DNA from: Tubiluchus corallicola
Lineage: Eukaryota; Animalia; Priapulida
Direction of reading: 5' to 3'
Assembly: GCA_030141605.1 (NCBI GenBank)
Contig: JAQGDQ010000603.1
Location: 62,001 to 126,000 of the forward strand
Length of the DNA: 64,000 nucleotides
This document shows positions 1-14,200 of this stretch, piece after piece (position 1 is the stretch's first letter; every line of letters begins with the position of its first letter). A model generated the notes under the pieces. The model was not told the DNA's origin, did not search any database, and saw only the letters and a list, made by a program, of their open reading frames with translations. A program made the translations under genes and the position numbers.

Positions 1-344
1 CTCAGCGACAACTTTAGTGTCACGATATAATTTATGGACACAATTCAGTAAGCAAAACCGCAATCAACTTATGAAATTTTTCCCCTTAAGTATAAAATCA
101 AATACAGATTAACAATATTTAAAACACAACCCAAAAACAAACTGCTCAATCATAAAAGTCCCGCATATAAAAACAATAAAGTAGAATTCATCAAAGGAGA
201 ATATAAAATACACAAAACACTCTAGACTCATAATATAAGTGTCTATACCATAGAAACATATGACTCATATGGAAACTTACATGCAAAAAAGTAACAAAAA
301 GCATCAAAAATTATTAGAAATCACCGTCTCTCATGTCCTATAAG

Positions 345-395
<51 letters not shown>

Positions 396-720
396 TATAG
401 ATACATAATTCTATATATATATATATAGATAGATATTTCATACACCATTTTTAGTCAGACACATGCCAATATTTTATAAAAAATTCAATTGATCATTTAT
501 TATATCTGTAATACCAGTTTTCAATAATAATAATACTTCACATAAATATTTAATTGTTATCATTTATACCATCAGGTCATCACGTATATAAATTTGAAGC
601 TATGAAAATTAGTATTTTAATATTTTTAATCCTCACAGACTGGTTAAACATTGATTTAATGTATGATGTAATTTGTTTTACTCTGTACTAGTGTATTATT
701 TTTGCAATAAAGATTTTTAT
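1..720 (+). mobile_element. Degenerate LINE 3' end (ORF2 tail and 3' UTR), second copy at 3660-4270
   Basis: TATGGACACAATTCAGTAAGCAAAAC and the downstream ...GCAATAAAGAT block recur at 3757-4270; this copy is interrupted by (TA)n at 346-432. Confidence 0.55.
346..432. repeat. (TA)n microsatellite
   Basis: Direct reading. Confidence 0.95.
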
Positions 721-1429
721 ACATATTATGTATAACAATCTCTTCATGAGGTTGTTATTTAAATTACACGATGTGTACAATATGCAATTACTGTCAATTA
801 TAATCAGTAATAAAGTGAAGATTCCTATAGGTCAACAAAAAAGATGCTGCCCTACAGTAATGCGATATGATAGTTACTGACCGTTGTTGCTTGGTGTCAG
901 TGTGGACACAGCTTAACCCCAAAAGGCAGCAAATTCTGAAGGCTAATATTTTTCTTGTAAAGGATGGAATGTGGTAGACTGCTGCCCAAGCTCAGCACTA
1001 AGCGTAGTTACTCAGGTCTGTTCATTTCACTTTTACGGCCATGCAAAAACGTTGTAGAAAAGTTTAACAGTCGGGGGATTGGGGTTGCTTCACAGCAAGT
1101 AATGGTTACCAGCCAATCAGCATCTGAAGACTGGTACTTTCCATAATATTGTACAGGATAGTACATTATCACGCAAAATCACTTGATGATGATTGGTGAA
1201 AGGTATGTTTAGTCACTTATTCTACAAACTTATAAAATAATTGCATGTTATGGTTTAGTGACAGGACTTTTGTGAAAATTAGCTTGTAAATATAATCATG
1301 TGCTTATTTGCGTGGGTGTGCAAGTGCATGCGTGCGTGAGTGTATGTATGTACGCGCATGTGTATAAATAAAACTAATATTGAATATTATTAGTGTTTAA
1401 TAACAAATGGCCATTTGTTTATGCACAAG

Positions 1430-2200
1430 ATTGTGTTTCAGTAACACAAAAAAGAAGTTCTTGTCAAATTTCCAAAAGCCAATGCGGGCCTGTTAAAAAG
1501 CAACTACGGAGTATATGGGTTAAAATTGTTGACATTCTCGTTACAAGATTAAATGATCAATGCTGATTAAATAAGATGTATTTAAAAATTTATCATAAGC
1601 TCTGTCTAAAAAAGCTTTTATTACATGATTAGTCCGACAGAAAATTTTTAAAATATCAAATATTCTTACACAAAGTACACACAAAATTACATGGAAAAAG
1701 TTTTCGATATTCGGCTTCAAAAATTTGGAATAAGCTGCCAAATCGTATGTACATATCCACTAGCTATAATGAGTTCTTAGGACATATGTAGATGCTCTAC
1801 TTGGGTTACCTAATTTGTGTTATTTAATTATCAGTACTCTGTATCTCCAATTATTTTTTTGCAAACTATCATGAACGATTTTGGTGATTAATTTAACAGA
1901 GTTATTATTTTAGTGGATCGATTTTATTATACTTTGGCATTCTTAACTTCGGATAATCTTTTTCAAATTTTCAGAAGAGGTGATCACATTTTTAATGTTT
2001 CTTATTCAATTTTTGTTATACCTTGCTTCCATCATCGCTTGTACGACTGCGGCTATTTTGTAAAGAACGGTATGTAATTTTTTATCTTTTGATTTATTTC
2101 CAATTTGAGTGTTTTTACGCAAGATGGGTCTAATTTTAGTACAATTTTTTAAGATGGCATATTTGTGAAGTGAACTTTACACAAAAATTATTTAAGTAAT
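1430..2200 (-). mobile_element. Highly decayed LINE ORF2 fragment
   Basis: Minus-strand fragments (..VWAAYSK..NIENF..CVRIF..) loosely resemble the post-RT region of CR1/L2-type LINEs; many stops. Confidence 0.35.
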
Positions 2201-2507
2201 CCTATCAACATTACGTCTCGAAGTGCTTTCCTGCAATACCTTACGTCAGTCATTCAAAGCGGTAAATTTTAAAATGAGTGCTATAAATGTGCAAAGTAAA
2301 AGTTATAAAACAAAACTCTGCTATTGGTTAGGTCTCTTAGACTTCGCAAGCAACCAAGCAAGTACGCACAGTTTCACATGCACCACAGAAGGAACACTAA
2401 AAGAAATCTTTTCTGGAACCGTTCATACCTACAGCAGTTATTGCTGTTTTTAGCTACGACCACTTTCTGTTAAGAAGAACAAAAGATTATTGCGCCGTTT
2501 CACTCGT

Positions 2508-2971
2508 TAGAAGGCGTGAACAGAAAGCGAATTCGAATCGATACGAATTTCCAATTTAAATCGAACTGAACTTCTGTATTTCGAATTCGAATTGAGATTT
2601 AAAGATTTTCGAACCACTAATAAAAAGCGGTGTCACAAAGATTAAACATATCATTTATATAACGTGAAATTATAGGTTCGAATAACTTCAATTACACAGT
2701 TTTTTTAAACGCTCTTTGTCAACCTCATACAGTAGCATAAATTTAGCAGCGTTTCTTGTGCGCAATTTTTAAACATATCATTAGTGTTTTTACCGCAGAA
2801 CAAATCAAGTAATGCATGATTTTTGTAGGACCGCATTTTATTACTGATTCGAAAATTTATTCAAAAATATTTTAAACCGAATTCGAATTCAGTTTAATTC
2901 TAGTTCGAAAGTCACAAATTCGATTCGATTCGATTCGAATTCGCCTTTCTTGTGAAAAGTACTTACCCTAG
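2508..2971. mobile_element. Composite of hAT-like MITE ends rich in TCGAAT/ATTCGA motifs
   Basis: GAAAGCGAATTCGAATCGA at ~2523 is inverted at ~2931-2950; same family as 27958-28240, 29445-29681 and 31422-31818. Confidence 0.6.
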
Positions 2972-3659
2972 TCGTGGATTCTAAGAGAAACCCGAACGAG
3001 AGTAAGCATTTCTGGATTTAATTTTCAAATAATTAAGAGAAGAAGCAGACAAGTAACGTGTTTTTTGTATAAAAAAGAAAATTAATTTGAAAATGTTTAC
3101 AATTTGCCATTTTGATTTTTATAATAAATTATTTACCAAGTCATGTGTAAAACATTGAATCTATTACAGTATATTTCAATGCAATTTCTACACGTGTTTG
3201 TGAGCCGTTTTTGTTGCGCAAGTCAGATGAAAGAGGAAGCAAGACAAAAGGAGAGCTAATTGACTGTGACGAGGAAGAGCCCCGCTGGTTCATTGATGTT
3301 TTGCGATCTGTGTATCGAGCCAGTCCATGTGTGCAGGACTTTCATTAATTCTGAAGACAATGTCAAAAAAATTATAGTAACTGTTTATATTACTACGCAG
3401 TACGCGCACTTATTTGACACACTAATGAAGTTGATGTTTGACAAGACTGTCGAACATGTCTGTTGCAAGCAGAATTATTATTTAGTCCCCTTTCAATTCT
3501 CGTCATTCTTCTTTTTTTCGTATAACCACTCTTTAAAATGTGAAATGATTTCAAAATCAGCTTGGCTCTTTTCGTCTTTCTGCTTTACATAAAGTGCTAT
3601 TTACATTAAACATTTATTACCATACGTTAATATTTCTATTTAAATATATGAAAGATATA

Positions 3660-4270
3660 ATTGCTGCTTTTAAAGAAAATGGTTTATCATTTATGCCCGA
3701 TAAACATAAAAACGAACACACCTATAATCTAAAACAGTTACTTACAAAAAACACATATGGACACAATTCAGTAAGCAAAACAGCAATCATCTTATGGAAT
3801 TCAGCACCCTTAAGTATGAAATTAAAATAACATTTAAAACTGTAGTGAAAACAAACTGCTATCTCACAAAAGACCCTTATATAAAACGATAAAGTAGAAC
3901 TCATCAATAATTGGAGAATATAAAAAAAACGCGTAACGCTCTTGTCTCATAAATTCATCATAATATAAGTGTCTATGCTATAAAAATATTCGACTCGTAC
4001 GGAAACTTTCATTGCAAAAAAACTAGCAAAGTATCAAAAAGTATTAAAATTCACCATAATGTCGTTCATAAGTCACCATCATGTTGTCCTGAAGACAAAT
4101 TTGTAGATATGTAATGTAGTATCTTAATGTTTTTTTCTTATGATTTTAACTTAGACTAACTGATACAATTGCACACACCACAGTCTGTCACTGACTAGTT
4201 ATACACTGATTTTATGTATGATGGAATTTGCTTTACTCTGCACTAGTGTATGATTTTTGCAATAAAGATC
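3660..4270 (+). mobile_element. LINE ORF2 C-terminal remnant and 3' UTR
   Basis: Translation TYNLKQ..NTYGHNSVSKTAIILWNSAPLSMK matches the typical CR1/L2 ORF2 tail (..LWNxLP..); duplicate at 1-720. Confidence 0.65.
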
Positions 4271-4539
4271 ATTTACATATATATATAAATTTATAGATAT
4301 CTTTATATTTATATAATATCTTACATTCCCGACCAATTGCTTTGCTAGATTTTTCGCATATTTCTACTGTTGACATAATGAACTGATATTGATACTGGCG
4401 TATTTCTAACGCAAATAAAAACAGTCAATGAAAATCAGTTCTGCTGAGATAACACACCATGAAACCTTACGCCACACACTGGCTGACCTAATTTTCAAGT
4501 TGCTTTGCTCCACTTTGCAAAAGAGTCTAAACATTGTGA

Positions 4540-4690
4540 TTACTAGGTACCTAGGCCCACTCCCTAGGGACTTCAACATTGCATAAAAGTGGCTGTGTTG
4601 TGTGTGTGTGTGTATGCGCGTTGCTCAAATTTACAGATATTATTTTATGTTGTAGCAAAATCGTTTGTAAAATTGTTTTATCCAGGCAAC
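4540..4690 (+). promoter_or_regulatory. Candidate core promoter / 5' UTR exon of BHMT copy 1
   Basis: GGGACTTCAACATTGCATAAAAGT (TATA-like) is conserved upstream of copy 2 (~31245-31268) while the flanks diverge; no transcript evidence. Confidence 0.3.
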
Positions 4691-5246
4691 AATGACTTCG
4701 GGTTCGCTCTAAAGTACTGAAATAGACTAGTATAGTCTATTTCATAGTCGAATAATATAACATAGGCTATAATTTTAGAACCTTATGTGATGCAGTGAAA
4801 GGATATAATTTTAGAACCTTGTGTGATGCAGTGAATGGTAATGATAGACCATTGTCTGGTGATATTCATTAAAAGTTACAGCATTACTGATCAAAGTGTC
4901 TGAAATAATTCATGTGAACAGCGATAACAAATAATTAACGTTACTATGAAAAAACCGATAAAACGAATCTATGTAACCCAAATTTTTTGTGATTTCTAAC
5001 TTGACTTGTGATTAAACTTGGGGACTAACATCAGGCTGCTAGTAACTGAGCATATCGATTTTAATGAAATGTTTTTTACGAGTGTTGCGGTTTTGAGTTT
5101 TTGTTAATCGCGTTTTTTTAATTCAACCTGTTTTAAAATCGTAACACTAACTAGTGTTAGGCTTATTTACTGTGTCTTTCTGAAGATTTGTATTTCGTTT
5201 TTTAACATCAGGTTTAGACTTTAGAAGGTAAAAGAAAGTTGCAACA

Positions 5247-8200
5247 ATGACCGCCGAAAATAGACCAAAAGTAAAAGGTGAGTAAAGCAAAACAATGATA
5301 CAACATTTCCATTAACCCTTTCAGTCCCAAATTATTTTTAATAAGAAAAAATTTTTTTGAATTAGTACTTTTGTTCAGTATGTCAATCTTGTTTACACAT
5401 AATAACTGTTCTTTAAGTGATGAAATGAAAAGCTGAACGGTCACAGCATATCATTAGCAAACAAACGTAAAAAGATCGAGCCTGGTAAGTGAACGGATCG
5501 GTGACCACTGGCTTCAATACTCGTTTTACCAATTTCATCTGCCAAACAGCCCTCTTCGTTGGTGACTGTTACCTCGCGTAGGAGGAGGCTTACACATTCG
5601 AGCATGAACAAGACGCCTCTGTCTGTCGTCAATGACTATCTTAAATAATGAGTTAGATTTCGGTCCCATGACTACCATCTAGATGAAGTAGGTTCTACAG
5701 TCCAATGCTGGTTCACAGCTTGCAGAGTGCTAAATTTTGTGGAAAAACAGGATGCAGCCGCTTGTTTCGTACACTCTGAATATATTATATAGCAGATTTT
5801 ATTGAGCGACCATAATAAATACATTTTGAAGGCATGTGTGCTCACCATTAATTAAGAAGCTTATAAGCGGCGACGATGCACAAACGCCAAGCTACTTGCT
5901 TTGAATTTGTTTGTGTGTTGATACAAATGTGTTGTATTTACACTGTAAAATAAGTATGTTGGATACGCGAACCTCTGTGATTACCTCCCCAATGTGGACT
6001 ACCTCCCCAGTATAGACTTCCCCATTTAGACCTCCACAGGGTAAATCTCCCTAATGTAGACCTCCACAATGCAGAAATTCCCTTTGATTAGAACTCCACC
6101 TGACAAGTTCGGAGTTCTTCTTGCTGTTGAGATCCGCTTGATTAGAAATAAACAAGCTCAAGTGAGCCATAGCATCCCAGAATGCCACAGGAAACAAACA
6201 AACCGTGACTTCAAAGCAAACTGTCCACAAGAACAAGAACAACAACGCAAACAAATCCCATTTTGCGTTGTAAAAAGTCTGATCTGGCGGGCCTTTAATA
6301 TGCCCTACATTTCATCAACCATCGCGATACTGCTCCATTAACAGTCAAAGTTCATTTTTGTTTGTCTAACTAGATTAGCTAAAAGTAAATAGCTGACTCT
6401 TGCGATTATTAGCGCTGGATTACAATAAAGTTGTAAAATTTTGCATTTTAAAACGAAAGAAATTAAATGTACGATTGACGTGCTTGGTTTGAGCATTTCA
6501 TCACAAAACTAACTTAACTAACGTAATTGAGTAACGAGTCACAGCTCCTGTACAGATTTCTGTAGCATGTACTGTGGTAATAAGTTTTATTTTAGGACTT
6601 TTGGAAAGACTCAAAGATGGCGAATTTGTCATTTGTGCGGAAGGATTTCTGCTCGAGTTTGAGCGCCGTGGATATCTAAAAGCTGGGCACTTCGTACCGG
6701 AAGTGGTCATAGAACATCCTCATTTAGTCAGGCAATTGCACCATGACTACGCACGCGTCGGAAGTGACGTTGTCTTGGCTTTTACGGTTAGTCTGTTGAT
6801 GAAGATGTAATGTGAAAAGTTTTTCAAGTTGAGTCACGTCATTGGGCGAACATGGTTCAGCAATTTACGTACTTTAAGGATGAATCCAAAAATACGTTAA
6901 AAATATCTTTAAAGAAAGAACCAATCCTTGAACAACATTTATTGCATTTTCATATACAATTAAAATATCGAAATCACCACACAAGATCTGCGCATAGTGT
7001 GCTTTGCTTAAAAATATAAAAGGAATTTAAATATTTTTTATCTCCCGCCAAACGAACGTCATTTGAAAAAAATGACGTAAGCTGGTGTCTGCTGGGCAGC
7101 GTGAATCGGTGAAGGCAAGCTGTGATGAAGGTACCCGTTGAGAAAGTTCTACAGTTCTCACAGAAGTTCAATTATTCAAGCGTTGTATTTAACTGTGTTT
7201 ATATATAGTTGTCATTAGATCAATTATGACCAAAATTAAAGTGGTTGGATTGTCTAGATGAGTGGTAACACTCTGTTAGCATTTGTTAACCGCTTGTCTA
7301 AATGAAACTCAAAGTCATAAAATTACGTAGAACGCAACTTCTTGCATTTTCAGTATTACGCGCACAGATGAAAACTGAGATTCATAGGAAAGGTGCATTA
7401 ACTGGAAACTATTAAAATATCATTAATCATTAATCAAAAAATCATTAATAAAACATAAAAACAAGAGCGGCCCAATAACACTTCCTTGGAGCACACCAGA
7501 CCTTACACATGCATATTCACATACATTATTACCAGTAGCAACAACTTGTTTTCTATTGTTCAAAAAAAGATTCAATCCATGTCAAAAGATGTCCTACAAT
7601 GCCATTTGCACATCTGAATGTTCATTCTTGTTAAACTGCTGTTAGATAAAATGGTAAAGAAATGGCCCAGAAATGATAAACTTAGCTGAAGATTAAAAAA
7701 ACTGATGAATAACTGTTGCACTTTTCCATCAAATGTGTTTTTATTCCTCTTGCATTCTACTGTTAAAACATCCAATAAAACTCTTGATTTGCTAAAACTA
7801 TGCAATAGGAAAGCCAATACCAAAACGCTAAATTGGCTGTCTATCAGCTGAATGGTTGGCAAACTACCTGACAGCTTGACAGTGATTGACAAACAACCAA
7901 CTAACCATATTATACACTTTGGCTTTTTCAGTACTATGCGCACAGAGGGAAACTGAGATTCATAGGAAAGGAGCATGAATTGGAAACCATAAACAGAGCA
8001 GCTCTACGAATTGCACGTGAAGTTGCTGATGAGACTGGAACACTGATGGCAGGAAATATTTGTAACTCGAATATTTATACGTTTCCAACAAACAAGGAAA
8101 ATGAGGAAGAAGTTAGGCAAATGTATAGAGTAAGCTTTGAAACGTTTGCTTTTCTGCTACGTTTGCTAAATTAATGTCGTCGAAATAATGTGTGTAAACA

Positions 8201-11200
8201 GAACATTCTGCTTTATTTGTCTAATGACGTGTCTAATCAGTCCTTCAAGATTAAACTTCATCTGCATCTTAAACTCTACTTGTACTTGTACCTGTACTTG
8301 TAGCTGTACCTGTAAATAGCACGAACGAATAACGTATCTTTTCTGTTAAAAAGAAGACTAAAACAATTCACTTACTTACAGCAGTATTTCGCATATCTAA
8401 GAAACATTTTTTATTTTAGGAACAAGTAGCTTGGGCACTCGAAGAAGGGGCTGATTTCATACTAATGGAAACAACATCTTATCTTGGTGAAGCAATGATT
8501 GCACTAGAAGAAATTAAAGCAACTGGTAAACAATTAAAGCAGGAAACTAACAATCTTTCTAGCATTTTACTCCATCTGTTATAGCAATTTTTAATATGCT
8601 TTTACACTATGTTTGAATCATTATGGCTCATTATGGTATTTTGATTCAAACACGTTAGATGGTGATGACTTTTGGCAACATTCGTTATTGAAATTATTAA
8701 GATTTGAAGCTTAACACCACTTATTTGTCTACTCATTAGTTAGCCCGTCTGTTTATTTGTTTATAAATCATAATCCCTCTGTAATGGGCACTTCTTAGGC
8801 ACATACGACAACTGACAAGACCTTAAGAGTGAAATCTAAAAACTTCAGAGATTGATTTATTCCTTGATTTCAGGCTTACCAGCTGTTGTCAACTTCCTCT
8901 CAGCTGTTCTAGAAACAACATTAGACGACGTACCATTCCCAGAAGCTTTTCAAAAACTAAAAGAAGCTGGAGCAGCCGTAGTGGGACTTAATTGCGGCAG
9001 AGGTCCTGCCACGATAATGCCTACTATAAAAGAAATTCGAAAACAATTCGACGTAAGCAAAAATTGAGTTTTCTTGCTAACACCAAGTAAATTAGCTTGG
9101 CCGAGGTAAAAATATTTTTCGCGTAATCAGTATCAAATTAAAGTCTAACCAACATTGCAGGAATATTTCACATAGATTCCTTGCTATGTAGTAATTTCGA
9201 GCCACGTGTCACTCGAATAGGATTCTCTGCCTTCCTTCCTATGTATACTTAATTTTAATTGAGTGCAGGGTCATATACTGGAGGAAGAATGGCATTGGGA
9301 GAAGGGAAGAAATGCATATCGAGGTTATGAATATAGATGAGTTGTCACCTGTCCTTAGGCCTATAGGCGTGGGCTATGGGTTAGCATAACTTCAAATTAC
9401 TTTACAACAGTACAAATGAAAGATATGATGCCAAAACGATAATAAACAAAATACATATTTGTACAAAATAGTATAAAAACCACAAGTAATTGCCAAAAAA
9501 AGCTAGGCTAAAGTATAAAATTCCCCACACACAAGATATTAGTTCGTGAAGTGGATTAGGATTAGTCAGGGTTAGGGTTGGGACTAGGATTAGGATTAGT
9601 GTTATCTTTCAGGCTAGATTGGGTACAGTGAAGCCAGGTGTATTAATTCTAGAGTGACATTATTCATTTTGCATTACCTGTAGAGTTTGTTTGACATGCT
9701 TGGCCGCTCTTGTATTGAGTTGTTAGATAGCCTTAGAATAGGAAAAAATCGTGTTTTAGTGGTATAGTAGTTGTGAGTTCAGTAGGCCACTGTTGTAGAA
9801 CCAGTATGTCTCTTTGTGATTTCTGAAGATTGGCTTGAAATTTGCTATACAGATCCTCAAACGTTTGTAAGTTTATTTATTTGCTTAATAGTTTCTGTTG
9901 GTGTTTATTTGATAATAATTCTTTTCATCTCTAGCCATTGCCTAATTATTGATTTTTTGCAACTGTTTAAAGTGCATGCGTATGCGCGTGTTTTTGTGTA
10001 GGCATGCACGTGTGTGCATGTGCCTGCTGATTTGTGAATATGCTGGGAAGTTTGTTTGTTAGCAAATTTTTGCGTTTGTTTTGTAATGCCATATGTAATG
10101 GTTTAATTTTGAATCATCTTCTGCTTCAGTGTGCTTGTTGTTAATTTGTTAACGCTTGTTTCTCGTTTACTCGCACATTTACTGTTGCTTTATTTTTGTT
10201 GATATTCTTTTTTTCTTGTTCTATTGCAGTTTCACCTTCTTCTTCTTTTTTACAATGAGTGGAAAATGAAAATAAAATCTGTAAAACAAATAGCCAGTTT
10301 TCTACAGTGAAAAAACGTTTCATCATGACTGCTGAGTTGAAGAATGCGAGGTCAAAGGCCAAGAGGGCAGTCACTAAAGATGTCAATCAGGTCAAGCAGT
10401 TGCTAGCAGAAGACGATACAGGAAAATTAGCTGAAAGAGTTGAAAGACTGAAGGGCATCTTCAAGGAGTTCACCAAAGCACATGATTCTTATCATCAGAT
10501 TTTGGAGACTGAGGATGACTTGGAAACCAGTGATGCTTATTTCTACAGGGTGCAGGAAGACTACATCACAGTTCTGAATTTAGCAAAGCAGTATACTACA
10601 GATGTGAAACAGAGGTCTCCAGTGGGGTCACCAGTAAAGAAGACCAGTTGGGCTGGTCCAGGATTTGGTGCTGAGGACATTACCAGGGGTGAGTTGCTGA
10701 GTTTGCTTAACATGCCAAAAGTTGAGTTACAGACTTTTAAAGGAGATCCACTTCAGTACCATCAGTTCATTAAAGCATTTGAGCAGAATGTTGATTGTAT
10801 TTGTGCTGACAGTGATCTCAAGTTGTCCAGGCTTATGCAGTATACTGATGGGCCAGCCAAGGAAGCCATTAGAGGGTGTCAGCTGATTGGTGGAGACAGG
10901 GGGTATGGAAAAGCAATTGAAATTTTGGAAGAGAGGTTTGGCAATTCACACCTTGTGACTGAGCAATTGGTCAGGCAAATGAGGCATGGTAAACCAGTAA
11001 GATCTCCACAAGAGGTGCAGCAGCTAGCAGATGAAATGAGTAATGCAGTTGTTATTTTGAGCCAATTACATCAGTTGCAGGAAGTTGATTCTCAAACCAT
11101 CATTTTAGAGATTGTCTAAAGATTACAGCCATACATCCAAATCAAGTGGAAGAAGCATGCGCTGGAGGTGAAAAAGAACACTGGGGCGTATCCAGGTTTC

Positions 11201-14200
11201 AGGTCGCTGGTGGAGTTTGTTAAAGATGTTGCAGCAGATATCAATGATCCAGTTTATGGCCAGTTTAGTATGACGAAACAGAGTAACTCAAATGAGAGAC
11301 GTGCAACACGGTCATCCAATTTTGTTTCAGCTGTGGATGGTGTCAGGTCTAACAAAGGACACCCTACACCAATGCGGTATCCTAGATTGCAGTCATACGC
11401 TAAACCAGAACCACCATGTGTTCTTTGCAGTGAACATCATCGCTTGTGGCACTGTGAGCAATTCAAGAAGATGAATATTCACGATAGACTTGGCGTTGTT
11501 CAGAGGTTCAAGTTATGCCACAACTGTTTGTTGTCATCTCATACGACAGAGAGGTGTGGGAAGAAATCTGTTTGTTCGGTACGTGGATGTGGCAAGAAAC
11601 ATACCATGTACATTCATGTAGATGAGCCCAGTACTACAGAAGGTGCTGATGTTATGGTGTCTAATGCCGGTACTTCTACCCGTGGTAATACTTGTATGCC
11701 AGTGGTTCAGGTAGTAGTCAATAATGCATGCCAAGCACTAGCACTTCTAGACACATGTTCTACCAGTTCATTTTGTTCTCGAAAGTTGGTTAGACAGCTT
11801 GGAATAACTGGCAGTAAGGAGGATTATCAACTGAGGACACTGAATAGATCATCTATTAAATCTTCTGAAGTGGTTAGCCTTACTATTTCGTCTAGTGCCG
11901 GAGAGTCGCTCAGTATGTCAAGAGTCTATGTTGTTGATAAAATACCAGCTCAGTGTGGAGTGGACACCAGCAAATATTCACATCTTTCCGACATAGTGTT
12001 TCCTGTTGGCAAGCATCTTCAGAGTTCTGGCGCTGACATATTGATTGGGCAAGATAATGCAGAAGCACTTGTTCCCTTGGATGTCAGGAAAGGCAAGAGA
12101 GGAGAACCCTTTGCTGTGCGGACAATGTTTGGTTGGTGTTTGAACGGCAGCACGGCCCCTTCTAAAGCCAGTCACAGAGCTATTTCTCATTTTGTTACCC
12201 TCGTATCAATTGAAGAGGAAGTTCAGAAGATCTGGGACATTGAAAATGAGGGCATAGATGATACATCATGGTCACAAGAAGACAAATCCGTAGTAGATAT
12301 GTGGGATGAAGAATGCTGCATGGTGGATAGCTACTTTGAGATACCCATTCCATGGAAGGATAGAAATGAACCACTTCCGAATAATTTTGTGGTAGCAAAG
12401 GCGTGCCTAAAGTCACTTGTCAAGAGACTCGATAAGAGAAACCTTTTCCAGCAGTATGATGATGAGATTACCAAGCTTCTTGAGAATGGTTACGCAGAAC
12501 CCGTGCCTGCAGAAGACATTTTTAGTGCAGAAAGAATATGGTACTTGCCTCATCATGATGTTATAACAGAAAAGAAGCCAGGCAAGCTTAGAGTAGTATT
12601 CAACTGTGCCAGTAAATTTCACGGAAGGTCCTTGAATGAGCGATGCAAGCCAGGTCCAGATCTCATCAATAAGCTTTTACATGTTCTTCTTCGTTTCAGG
12701 CAGCATCCCTATGCGGTTCAAGCTGATATAGAGGCAATGTACAATCAAGTACGTATACCACTGAAAGACAGAGATGCACTTCGTTTCTTGTGGTACAAGA
12801 ATGGTGACGTAGTAGTGCATTATCGTATGACTTCACATTTATTTGGTGGCATCTGGTGTGCAGCCAGTTCCACTTATGCTCTGCAACGTGCGGTCATGTA
12901 CGAACATGTGGACTCCATCATAAAAGACATTGTCATGAGGTCATTCTACGTTGATGACTGTCTCAGATCAGCCGCCACACTTGAAGAAGCACGCGCAGTT
13001 ATACATGATGTGCCAAAAGTTTTGATGAGGTCTGGTTTCAACTTAACTGGTTTTGTTGTCAATGATAGTGAATTGCTTTGCGAAATACCACAGCATAAGC
13101 GAGCAAAGGAAGTCAAAGATTTTGGAACAGAAGCATCTGGAAGGGTGTTGGGTGTTAAATGGAGTATTATGTCAGATGAGTTCTACTTTGTGATTGACCA
13201 GAAACTGTTACAAACTGATAATATTTCCAGAAGGAAGATGTTGAGTATAGTGTCGTCCATTTAACAGGAAAGTTGTTGTTCCAGGAGGCAATTCGACATA
13301 GGCTGTCTTGGGATGAAGTTGTCCCATCTGATCTTGACTATCAATGGAGAACATGGCTATTTTCGCAACTGTTTAAAGTGCATGCGTATGCGCGTGTTTT
13401 TGTGTAGGCATGCACGTGTGTGCATGTGCCTGCTGATTTGTGAATATGCTGGGAAGTTTGTTTGTTAGCAAATTTTTGCGTTTGTTTTGTAATGCCATAT
13501 GTAATGGTTTAATTTTGAATCATCTTCTGCTTCAGTGTGCTTGTTGTTAATTTGTTGACGCTTGTTTCTCGTTTACTCGCGCATTTACTGTTGCTTTATT
13601 TTTGTTGATATTCTTTTTTTCTTGTTCTATTGCAGTTTCACCTTCTTCTTCTTTTTTACAATGAGTGGAAAATGAAAATAAAATCTGTAAAACAAATAGC
13701 CAGTTTTCTACAATTAGGATATTTAAATTGTGTGGGAAATTATAAACTCCTTCCAAAAACTGTAATTACAATAAATAGTTGTGTAGGTCACTAATAGTCA
13801 AAAACAGTGGTTGCAATGTATTTTGAATTCAACAAAAATAAAAGCCCTTTATTGTGCATCTACACAGTTTAAACAAAAGCCCATGTTGTGCATCTGCACA
13901 GCTCAAACAGAATCCCATTCTGTGCATCTACACAGCTCAAACAAAATCCCATATTGTGCATTTACACAGCTTAAACAAAAGCCCATATTGTGCATCTACA
14001 CAGCTTAAACAAAAGCCCATGTTGTGCATCTACACAGCTCAAACAAAGTCCCATATTGTGCATTTACACAGCTTAAACAAAAGCCCATATTGTGCATCTA
14101 CACAGCTTAAACAAAAGCCCATATTATGCACCCATGGAGCTTAATTTATAGCGATCTTTAGTTTGTGGGTATGCCTTAGACAGTTTAGCCAACAGCAATC

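Noticed and set aside
5560-5640. CCTCGCGTAGG motif (also ~32976) as an HDV-like ribozyme core
   Set aside because: Lacks the U before the P1.1 CC and no P1/P2 pairing could be built; conservation is explained by the gene duplication
9565-9600. TTAGGG-like runs (also 16410-16452 and 54220-54240) as interstitial telomeres
   Set aside because: Only 1-3 imperfect units embedded in repeats or duplicated intron sequence
11117-11119. TAA as programmed gag-pol readthrough
   Set aside because: It falls inside gag before the zinc knuckles; BEL/Pao elements normally have one ORF and this copy has other lesions, so a nonsense mutation is more likely
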